A stretch of DNA of 63,956 nt, counting the filler, from Octopus bimaculoides (taxonomy: Eukaryota), in the NCBI RefSeq assembly GCF_001194135.2. It is 7 parts of 6 records of this genome, joined end to end, with 100 filler letters (N's around TTAATTAATTAA, not from the genome) between each part and the next. Parts side by side here need not be neighbours in the genome. Positions count along the whole stretch, not along the records: positions 27,008 to 55,509 come from NC_068998.1; positions 55,610 to 57,406 come from NW_026324755.1; positions 57,507 to 60,521 come from NC_069002.1; 4 more parts are not named here. One strand, given 5' to 3'. Positions 49,124-58,896 of this stretch are shown here, in pieces. The notes under the pieces are model-generated. The model did not search any database and was not told where the DNA came from. It worked only from the letters and a program-made list of their open reading frames with translations. Made by a program: the position numbers and the translations under genes. Each line of letters begins with the position of its first letter. The first letter of the stretch is position 1.

Positions 49124-50437
49124 CCTCTTTCTTTCCTTTCCTGAGCGTCTGATAATACAGTACTTGTACCATGTCCTCACGTTGTTGTTTTTTCTTGTTT
49201 GTTCTTCTTTATTTGGATTCACTATATATATATATATATATATATATGCTGTTAGCACACACAGAGGCATGCACGCACGCACACACGTTTACATACACAC
49301 GCACACATACACATATCGATGAGTTTTCTAAGTCGTTCTGAATAGCTACTCTATATAGAGCATTTCTTGATATTCTTTTATAATGTGAAACGTTGGCTGA
49401 CGCGCTTGGTATTATGTAACAGTTATCTTACGTAACTACTTGAAGCATACATATTAAATGCATTCATTTAATTCATTTTGTCATTATCCACGCACGCACA
49501 CGCAATGCAAAAAAGACAGGTCACTACTTTCGGGCCTCTTTAAACAGGGCTGACATGAGACTAATCAACAACAATAATAACTGTTATTTCACAGAGTTTA
49601 TAAACTGTTTCTCAATGTTTTCTTCAACCTCGAGATATTTCGATGAGTTCTTCCTGTGTCTATTGTTGCTTAGACCCATATCAGCACCAGTTACTTAAAT
49701 CTAGATCTAAGGTGTTCCGGATATGACTACTCGGAATACATAATTTTCTAATGTGATCTTTTTAAATTGAAAGTGAGGATCGATCGTCTTGACTACACGA
49801 CTTCCTTAGACATTTTGACCAGCGTGTTTGACAGAAAACCTACCGAACTAGAATTACTCCATGCAGTTAGTATTTAGTTTCATGTTTCGGCACTTTGGGG
49901 TTTAACGAGGATATTTTTAACATCCTCGCCATCTAACCCTTTTCGTTATAGCTTCTGGCTTTTCAAGATTTGACTGATGCAGATACCACGAAGCATTCTG
50001 ACCTACACTATAACCATTCTGCTAAGAAGCCATTTAATTTTTGCTTTTTTTTTTATTTGTTTTTAATCTCTTTTGACTCAAACTCTGTACATCTGAAGAG
50101 GTGGATCCGTTCTGCGCTTTTCAGTGAAGTAGACCCAAGTTCGACTTTGTTATTCAATACCTAAAACTTCAACTAAATGCGTTGGGTGTTTTCTTTCACT
50201 TGTTCACTCACTCGTAGGTGTGTGTGAGTGGTGGTGGGGTGGTGTTTTTGGAGAAAGCGAAATGGAATCTTAATCCAAGCTTTGTAAATGTATTATATTA
50301 ATTACACGGATAAAGAACATAGATACCTCGTAATTGATGTATTGGGTTTCTAAGTAATAAAAGCATTTGGCGGCGGCGGCGGCGGTGGTGTTGGGTTGGT
50401 GCTTGGTGGTTGTAGTGGTGATGATGACAGTCTAATG

Positions 50438-50809
50438 CAGTGTTTTCCAACCTCTTTTGCTCTTAGGGAACCCTTGAAATTCATTTCCTGATTTAGAAAA
50501 ACAAACAAAAAATAACCATTAAACAAAAAAGATCATTATATATCTTTATTAAAATTTGTCTCTCTCTTTCATAAAGTCAAATCTTATGAAGGATTAAACA
50601 AATCCTAAAACTGTCTTTGAAAAGTTTGGCAATGCTAAGTTCATCATAGGCGCAGGCGCGGATGTGTGTTAAGAAGCTTGTTTTCCAACCACATGGTTCT
50701 GGATTCAGTCCCACGGCGTGACACCTTGGGCAAGTGTCTTCTACCATAGCCTCGAGCCAACCAAAGCTTTGTGAGTGGATTTGGGAGATGGAAACTGAAA
50801 GAAGACTGT

Positions 50810-50861
<52 letters not shown>

Positions 50862-51485
50862 TACGTGTGTGTGTCTTTCTGGTTGTCCTCAGCCACTGCT
50901 TGACAACCGGTGTTGGTGTGTTTACGTCCTTGCAATTTAGCGATTCGGCAAAAGAACCTACACAATGAGTACTAAGCTTAGGAATAAGTCCTGGAGTCGA
51001 TTCATTCGACTAAAACCCTTCAAGGCGGTGCCCCAGCATGGCCGCAGTCAAATGACTGAAACAAGTAAAAGATACTCTCTACAAAAAAGATTCAAAGCAT
51101 TTCATCATCACCCAGGCTCCCTCTCTGTCGCCAGGGGTTGTCATGCCAAGACTCTCCATTTCCCTCTACGTTCTGCAGTACGTATACAACTAGCCAGATT
51201 CTTGTTTCTTGTCCATTCTTTGAGGTCGTCAGTCTCTTAAACAAGACTTTTCTTCAAACCAAATTCTTCTCCAATTCCTTCCCTATTACGAGGTTATTTT
51301 CTCCGTATGCTCCTTTTACTACCAATAGCTGCCAGCTTTCCCTACGTTATGGAACATTCTGGGCGTATATCATAAAATTACACATGTATATGTTTGCATA
51401 TAATTAACCAAATTATAACAATTTGTCACAGAACTAGCAACCCCTAGTGAGTCGCGCAAAACTTTAGGCTTCCAGAGAAATGCTG
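50438..51485. mobile_element. hAT-like non-autonomous element (MITE) with a nested SINE
   Basis: Ends CAGTGTTTTCCAAC... and ...GAGAAATGCTG; flanked by GTCTAATG (50430-50437) and CTCTAATG (51486-51493), a 7/8 match of an 8-bp TSD. Confidence 0.55.
50648..51070 (+). mobile_element. Full-length SINE family A
   Basis: AGGCGCAGGCGCGGATGTGTG...CCTTGGGCAAGTGTCTTCTAC...(TG)n...AATGACTGAAACAAGTAAAAG. Confidence 0.9.
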
Positions 51486-51539
51486 CTCTAATGATTGTGC
51501 CCAATTCGTAACATTCACAGGAATATGTATTCAACAGTT

Positions 51540-51975
51540 AAGGTTGCAGGATCGTTACCACGCCGGACAAAATACTTAGCGGCATTTCGTCCGTCTGTAC
51601 GTTCTGAATTCAAATTCCACCGAGGTCGACTTTGCATTTCGTGTTTTAGGAGTCGATAAAATAAGTACCAGTTAAGTACTGGGTCGATGTAACCGACTTA
51701 CTCTTTCCCAAAGATTGGTTTCGTGCCAAAATTTGAAGTCAATATGCATTTAATAATGAGGGCAGTGTTTTGGCAGAATTGTTTGAGTATCAGAGAAAAT
51801 GCTTTGTGCTATTTGATTCAGCACTTTACATTCTGAGTTCAAATTCCGTAGAAGTCGACCTTGCTTTTCATTCTGCCGAGATCGATAAAATAAGTATCAG
51901 TTGCGCCCTGGGGATTGATGTAATCGACTTACTCCCTCCCCAAAACCGCTGACCTTATGCCAAAATTTTAAACCA
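51540..51975 (+). mobile_element. Two tandem family B SINEs
   Basis: GTTCTGAATTCAAATTCCACCGAGGTCGACTTTGC and TTCTGAGTTCAAATTCCGTAGAAGTCGACCTTGC; both end ..GCCAAAATTT. Confidence 0.85.
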
Positions 51976-51987
51976 ATATGTATTCAA

Positions 51988-52260
51988 TAGTGGCCTAGTG
52001 GTTAGAGTACTGCACTCATAGTCATAAGATTGTGATTTCGATTCCCAGACCGGTGGTGCATTGTGTTTATGAGCAAAACACTTCATTTCACGTTGCTCCA
52101 GTTATTCAACCCTGAGATAGACTGACGTCTCATTCAGGGTGAATGTTCTCCTGCCCGCCTAGATAGCGGGGTAACATTATTCGAGAGCTACAGCAATGCA
52201 AGGAAACAGATTGTGACCAGCAGTGTATAACAACATCTGAAAGTTTGGTCGATACAGTGA
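51988..52260 (+). mobile_element. SINE family C
   Basis: GTGGCCTAGTGGTTAGAG...TTTCGATTCCCAGACC...GAGCAAAACACTTCATTTCACGTTGCTCCAG...GATTGTGACCAGC. Confidence 0.8.
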
Positions 52261-52299
52261 TGTATTCAATAATAGTTTTTCCTTTAGACTCGAGGCTTA

Positions 52300-52905
52300 C
52301 ATATTTTGCAGATGAGGGCTAGTCAATCACATCCATCTCAATACTTCACTAGTACGATATTTCATCGAATTCGGAGGGGTAAACGGTAAAGTTGACCGCA
52401 GTGAGATTTGAACGCGGAATATAAAGAGCCTGCTGAAATACCACAAATCACTTTTGTCGATTCTCTAACGATTCTGCCAGCTCGCCGCCTTTTACATATT
52501 GGTTTCAAATATTGGCACAAAGCCAGCAGGTTTGTGGGAGGGGATGATTAAATCGACCCGTGTTCAACTGGTACTTATTTTATCGATCCCGAAAGGATGA
52601 AAGGCAAGATGGATCCCGGTGAAATTTGAACTCAGAACGTAAGGACGGACGAAATGCCGTAGAGCATTTTGCCCAGCTCGCTAACGGTTCTGTCTGCACG
52701 CTGCCTTCACCACCCTTTACATATTCAGTAACGCATTCTAATTGAGGGACACGAGCAACAAATTTTGGGGAGAGTGAATTGGTCGATGTAATCGACCCCG
52801 GTGGGATGAGAAGCGATGTTGACTGTTGTGGGATTTGAACTCATAACGTAGTGGAATTTGAACTCATAATATTTTTTCTGATGATGTAACGGTTCTACCA
52901 GCTGA
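52300..52905 (-). mobile_element. Three family B SINE copies (middle one near full-length)
   Basis: GATTCTGCCAGCTCGCCGCC (~52470), GGATGAAAGGCAAG (~52596), ATTTGAACTCATAAC (~52833). Confidence 0.8.
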
Positions 52906-52939
52906 CGTACTGTTGCACTTTCTGAGAATTTAAACTACG

Positions 52940-53420
52940 AGGCGCTGGCGTTGCTGTGTGGGAAGACGCTTGCTTCCCAACCGCATGATTCAGTCGTTAT
53001 GTGTGTCTTCTATTATAGCCTCGGGCTGGCCAAAGTCTTGTGAGTGAATTTGGTGGGCAGAAACTGAAAGAAGCCCCTCGTATGTGTGTGCGTGTGTGTG
53101 TGTGCGTGCGTGTTTGTGAATGTACGTAAGTCTGTGTTTGCGGGGGGAGGAGGCGTGTGTGCGCGCGTGCGCGCATGAGTGCGTGTGTGTATCTTTGTAT
53201 CTGTGTTTGCCCCCACCACCACCTGACAACTGCTGTTAGTTTCTGAACGTTTTAATAAATTAGCGGTTCGGCAAAAGACCTCTTTAGAATAAGTACCAGG
53301 CTAAAAAAAAACCAAAAAAATAACAATAATAAGTACTGGCTCGATTCATTCGACTGAAATTTCCTCAAGGCGGTGCCCCAGCATGGCCGCAGTTTGATGA
53401 CTGAAACATATAAAAGATAA
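52940..53420 (+). mobile_element. Full-length SINE family A (degenerate)
   Basis: GCTGTGTGGGAAGACGCTTGCTTCCCAACC...AAGGCGGTGCCCCAGCATGGCCGCAG. Confidence 0.85.
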
Positions 53421-53546
53421 AGCATTAGAGATACTGTTGTTGCAATTTGAAAAATCTAAGAACAAATGCAGGAATGGCTGTNNNNNNNNNNNNNNNNNNN
53501 NNNNNNNNNNNNNNNNNNNNNNNNNNNNNNNNNNNNNNNNNNNNNN

Positions 53547-53594
<48 letters not shown>

Positions 53595-53619
53595 TGCGTA
53601 TGTCTTTGTCTTTGTCCTT

Positions 53620-54047
53620 ACATCACTGGGCAACAGCTGTTGATTTGGTTAAGCAACTGGAACTCAATAGTTCAGCAAAAGAAACAGGTAAGATAAATAC
53701 CAGAAACTAAAGTACAAGTATTGGGGTCGTCAAAATCATTCAAGATGATGCTCTGGAATGACTGGAACAAATGAAAGAATTAAAAGAATCTATAAACTAT
53801 ATGTATATTTATTTATACGTGCGTCGGACGATATAGCATCGATGTTGTAACATGACACAGATTACGAAACAGCTGTCAACAAATGGAATAAACACGTGCG
53901 CCACTTTTCTTATCTGGCCATTTTATTTATTCTCCACCACCATCTAAAACGTATAAGTACGGGGGTCGATTTGTTCAACAAAATCCTTGAAGGTGGTGCC
54001 CCTGTATGGCCACAGTCCAATGGCTGAAACAAGCGAAAGAATAAAAG
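53620..54047 (+). mobile_element. Two family A 3' remnants (53620-53790 and 53955-54047)
   Basis: GGGGTCGATTTGTTCAAC...AAGGTGGTGCCCCTGTATGGCCACAGTC. Confidence 0.65.
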
Positions 54048-54468
54048 GACATGTAAATTATAGGTTTTATATTCGTAAAAGCATGCGTAACTAAACAAGC
54101 ATTTGCAAGTATTGTTAATCACCTGACACTAATCAGTTTGTCGGTTTCTTATTTAAAAGTTGCTTTTTCTTTTTTAAAAAATGTCAGATTCTGAATCGAT
54201 GATGTTAAAAAACATTCAAATCAAAACACCGTTTTGTAAAAGATAAAAAAAAAAGCAGAAAAACGAATGAAAGAAAACTTCCATGCTTAAACGAATAAGC
54301 TCTATTTTTCTAGAATTTTTTCGTTCAAGTCCTTCAATGGCTGACTTTGTTTACATTCTGCTGACAATGAAACATATAATGCATATAACATATTATTTAT
54401 ACATCCGCAAATATGTATCTTTATGTAGCTAACTATAAGTGCCTTCGTGTATTTGCTCTAGAGCAAAA

Positions 54469-54583
54469 TACATAAAATTGTATATACATATATATACCCG
54501 TTTTCATATACATATGTATTCACTTAAAGTTAGCTACATAAAATTGTATATACATATATATACCCGTTTTCATATACATATGT
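54469..54583 (+). repeat. Perfect 49-bp direct duplication (period 66)
   Basis: TACATAAAATTGTATATACATATATATACCCGTTTTCATATACATATGT twice. Confidence 0.9.
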
Positions 54584-54779
54584 GTATACATATACGTATG
54601 TACGTATGCATCTATTATGTTGGTGTGAGTATGTGTGTATATGTGTGTGTTTTAATGTTTGTATTTAATGTTTGTCAGTTACAATAAAAACAATTTTACA
54701 TTAATCCGATGGGCTATTCTGTACTTTTGTAGAGTACACATTTATTATTCTTAAACAAGAATGTTGTTGACAGTGACTT

Positions 54780-55030
54780 CAAAGTTTCGGCCAACTAAGC
54801 CATCGTCACACACTGCACTGAATCGCAAACTTAATATAAAGCCATAAAGAACTATGGATTCGGTTCTCCAGATTACTTTAAGAAGCTGAGAGCAAAATCT
54901 CTAAGTAACATGCCATCGACTTTGTTAACAATCATTTTTTAATGTCCAATCTGTGGACTTACCTGTAAATCGTTGGCTGGATTAAAGTCTCATAAGTGAC
55001 AGACATTAGAAGCAACAAGAAGAAGAAAAC
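54780..55030 (+). mobile_element. RTE-like LINE 3' end remnant
   Basis: CPICGLTCKSLAGLKSHK* zinc-finger-like terminus followed by an (AAG)n tail. Confidence 0.55.
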
Positions 55031-55244
55031 GAAAAAGCGCCCCACCCCCACCAAAGAAGATAAAAAATGGTGGTTGACGCTCATACGTCGAAATCGACGG
55101 AAGAATCCATTATGTTATGTGTATGTGTATGTCATTATAAAGTTTTATTTCAAGATTTCTTGCCTATAGAGAAAGAGCCGGTTTCTAATCTAGATCCAAG
55201 GGTCTTTCATTGGAATTTCAACAACGTCAGCAGGGTCCTTTGGC

Positions 55245-55447
55245 GTGTCTTTTACTTGTTTCAGTCATTTGACTGTGGCCATGCTGGGGCACCGCCTTTA
55301 GTCGAGAAAATCGACTCCACGACTTATTCTTTGTAAACCTAGTACTTATTCTATCGGTCTCTTTTTGCCGAACCGCTAAGTTACGGGGACGTAAACACAC
55401 CAGCATTGGTTGTCAAGCGATGTTGGGGGGACAAACACAGACACATA
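55245..55447 (-). mobile_element. SINE family A 3' half
   Basis: TTTACTTGTTTCAGTCATTTGACTGTGGCCATGCTGGGGCACCGCC...CCGAACCGCTAAGTTACGGGGACG. Confidence 0.88.
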
Positions 55448-56058
55448 AACCTAAAAATGGAATGGAATACAAGAGGGTTCGTCATCATACCTCTTATTCT
55501 TCTCCCTCCNNNNNNNNNNNNNNNNNNNNNNNNNNNNNNNNNNNNNNNNNNNNTTAATTAATTAANNNNNNNNNNNNNNNNNNNNNNNNNNNNNNNNNNN
55601 NNNNNNNNNCACACAGACACACACAGACACACACACACATTATAAGCGTCGCTTTTATTGGTCCACATGTTCGCTTTCATGTAAAAGGAAGAAACTATTT
55701 CATACTTGAAATTCTATTTATTTTGTTGTCTTGAAAGAGTAAAAATTCATAAAATTCCAATGGCGTTTATCTATTTCTATCTAATCCGGATCTCTTCTGC
55801 GTCGTGTTGTTCAATCTAAGATTATTTGGAGAGAAAGACAATGACTCATAGACATTGAAACAATACTCGGGTCATTGTTTCTCTATAAATCAGAAAGAAG
55901 AAGAAGAAAAAAGCAGAGAGGAGGAGAGAGACGGAGAGAGGGAGAGAAGTGGAGAGAGGGGGAGAGAGGGGGAGAAGAAAGAGAGAGGAGTGAGACAAAG
56001 AAAGACGGAGAGTGGTGAGAAAGAAAGAGAGAGGGTAGAGAGACAGATAGAGGAGAGT

Positions 56059-56102
<44 letters not shown>

Positions 56103-56628
56103 GCCGAGAGTGGCGTGAGTGACAGAGAGAGAGGGAGAGAGAGAGGGAGAGAGAGAGGGTGGTTGGTGGGAGAGAGGGTGAGAAAAGGGTGGGTTGGAGA
56201 GAGAGAGAGTTTGAAGGGGTTCAATCGTGGAGTTTCGTGACAGTTCTTGCCAATGGCGCAGCTAGTAGGGGACGGAGGGGAGCGACCACTTCTCCAGCGA
56301 GTACTTTTTATAAAAAATTGGCGCCATTNNNNNNNNNNNNNNNNNNNNNNNNNNNNNNNNNNNNNNNNNNNNNNNNNNNNNNNNNNNNNNNNNNNNNNNN
56401 NNNNNNNNNNNNNNNNNNNNNNNNNNNNNNNNNNNNNNNNNNNNNNNNNNNNNNNNNNNNNNNNNNNNNNNNNNNNNNNNNNNNNNNNNNNNNNNNNNNN
56501 NNNNNNNNNNNNNNNNNNNNNNNNNNNNNNNNNNNNNNNNNNNNNNNNNNNNNNNNNNNNNNNNNNNNNNNNNNNNNNNNNNNNNNNNNNNNNNNNNNNN
56601 NNNNNNNNNNNNNNNNNNNNNNNNNNNN

Positions 56629-57010
56629 TGTTGTTGGCACTCCGTCGCTTACGACGTCGAGGGTTCCAGTTGATCCGATCAACGGAACAGCCTGCTCATG
56701 AAATTAACGTGCAACTGGCTGAGCACTCCACAGACACGTGTACCCTTAACGTAGTTCTCGGGGATATTCAGCGTGACACAGTGTGACAAGGCTGACCCTT
56801 TGAAATACAGGTACAACAGAAACAGGAAGTAAGAGTGAGAGAAAGTTGTGGTGAAAGAGTACAGCAGGGTTCGCCACCATCCCCTACCAGAGTCTCGTGG
56901 AGCTTTAGGTGTTTTCGCTCAATAAACACTCACAACGCCCGGTCTGGGAAATCGAAACCGCGATCCTATGACCGCGAGTCCGCTGCCCTAACCACTGGGC
57001 CATTGCGCTT
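56629..57010 (-). mobile_element. Full-length SINE family E
   Basis: Closely matches the reverse complement of 23120-23425 and supplies the middle missing there. Confidence 0.9.
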
Positions 57011-57506
57011 CCACTACTGATATCAGTAGCTTGTTGCTAAAACATGAAATTGATGAATGTAGAACACAATTACGTATATTCCGACTAATGAACTATTTTG
57101 CGTAATATAGGAGAAATGAGTTAAAAATTGTTTGGTATGTGTTACAGCGCCTATTTTTTATTTGCTCTCTTCCACAAACTTTACAATCTGGCAACGCTAC
57201 TGGTTTCAGCCATAGTTTACTGAGTTAAATCTGTTAAATCGAACGAGAAGGGTGTGTAGCGTATATAACAAACGTACACAAAATTAGACTGCGTATATAT
57301 GTGTATACAAAAATGTATGCTAGCATCACGTATACAGATATATATGGGGATATATACGCAAATACTCACAAACATAACTGTATACATGCGTATGCACACA
57401 TTCAAGNNNNNNNNNNNNNNNNNNNNNNNNNNNNNNNNNNNNNNNNNNNNTTAATTAATTAANNNNNNNNNNNNNNNNNNNNNNNNNNNNNNNNNNNNNN
57501 NNNNNN

Positions 57507-57805
57507 CTAAGGCAGCAATTTTTGCACGGGTTTTCAAGCGCTTAGCTTTTTCTGCAGGTGTTTCTAGTTCGTCTAATTCTTGAATTTGTTGCAATTGGAA
57601 TTCACTTAGATAGTCCTTTGCCTGTTTTGTTACTGAGTAAGATGCTTTCTTGCTTTCATGTTTTAAGACAAGTTTTAGCATCCAGTCCTCAGAGTTTTTC
57701 AGATAGGTGTCTAGGCCAACTGTGGCTACCTTCATTGATAATGCCAGCTGTAGAAGTCCTCGGCCTCCCTCTTTTCTTGGTAGATAAAGACGTTCTATAT
57801 CTGCC

Positions 57806-57807
<2 letters not shown>
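57507..57807 (-). mobile_element. R4/Dong-like non-LTR retrotransposon fragment, 5'-truncated at a (TAA)n array
   Basis: KADIERLYLPRKEGGRGLLQLALSMKVATVGLDTYL..SEDWMLKLV is the R4-clade post-RT motif; open frame until the spacer. Confidence 0.88.
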
Positions 57808-57843
<36 letters not shown>

Positions 57844-58286
57844 GTTATTATTATTATTATTATTATTATTAGGTATCGATCTGGAGAAGTACATACTTTC
57901 GACTTCGTGTACCGTAAGACTATTTAGGCCTATCCAGTGGTTTGTTACTCTGGAGTCTGCAGAGCGTGCAATCACTTCTTGAGACAAATCCAAGCTGACG
58001 AAGAAACAGCCTCATCACTACAGTGGCTGAAGTGGCGTTAATTAACATTAATGATTACACACCCATGGGAAAGGGTGAAGGAGGAGAAGAATTCAATACG
58101 TGCATAGAAACATAGACTGACTGTTTAGACAGTTATATAGAGATACAGAAGCAAAAACTCAGAACAACTTAAAGATAAGACGTACGAAATAAGATTAATT
58201 TAAGAGATTCTGACAATAGACAGGTGGAGTGGTAAAAGTTAAGTAGGGTGTAGATATTCATCTTAATAATAATAATAATAATAATA

Positions 58287-58494
58287 ATAGAGTCAAAATT
58301 AAAAGAAGAGTGCCATTGTTATTGTTATCTAGTGAACGATATTTCGACATCTTGTGTGTCTTCAACTGGTTTCTATATTAACCAAAATGAAGTAGATTGA
58401 CAAAATTATTTTTTGAACCAGTTGAAGACACACAAGATGTCGAAATATCGTTCACTAGATAACAATAGCACTCTTCTTTTAATTTTGACTCTAT
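58287..58494. repeat. Near-perfect inverted repeat (arms 58287-58371 and 58416-58494)
   Basis: 79 bp exactly complementary apart from a 6-nt insertion (CATTGT) in the left arm; 44-nt loop. Confidence 0.95.
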
Positions 58495-58527
58495 ATCTTC
58501 AGGAGGAGTTACCTCAATCCTTTCTAT

Positions 58528-58567
<40 letters not shown>

Positions 58568-58624
58568 NNNNNNNNNNNNNNNNNNNNNNNNNNNNNNNNN
58601 NNNNNNNNNNNNNNNNNNNNNNNN

Positions 58625-58825
58625 TCTATGTGATCTCAAATTTTAAAGCAAACACATAATTTTCTTATGGTTTCTTAAACATTCACTTGAACAAAACTGT
58701 ACAAATCCAAATATATGGTACCCTAGGCATAACACCTACATGAACTTCTAACTTGTTGTCTCTTGAGGTCTCTGGGTGAGACTTGGATCCAACTTGTACA
58801 AATGCAAAACAAAAGTCAAACATAA

Positions 58826-58826
<1 letters not shown>
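58625..58826 (+). mobile_element. Probable R4/Dong-like 3' end (ORF stop and 3' UTR) running into (TAA)n
   Basis: Starts TCT ATG TGA (..SM*, as in R4-clade ..LSM* termini), then a unique ~195-nt segment between two (AAT)n arrays; recognition from memory. Confidence 0.4.

Positions 58827-58896
<70 letters not shown>

Noticed and set aside
56243-56328. Short inverted ends AATGGCGC...GCGCCATT around 70 nt
   Set aside because: Only 8 bp, adjacent to a gap; no TSD or second copy.
57900-57995. Minus-strand NHWIGLNSL, like a C-type lectin WIGL motif, after a TTTCTTCGTCAG acceptor
   Set aside because: Downstream lectin residues are absent and the donor (GTACAC) is weak; a single short motif is compatible with chance.
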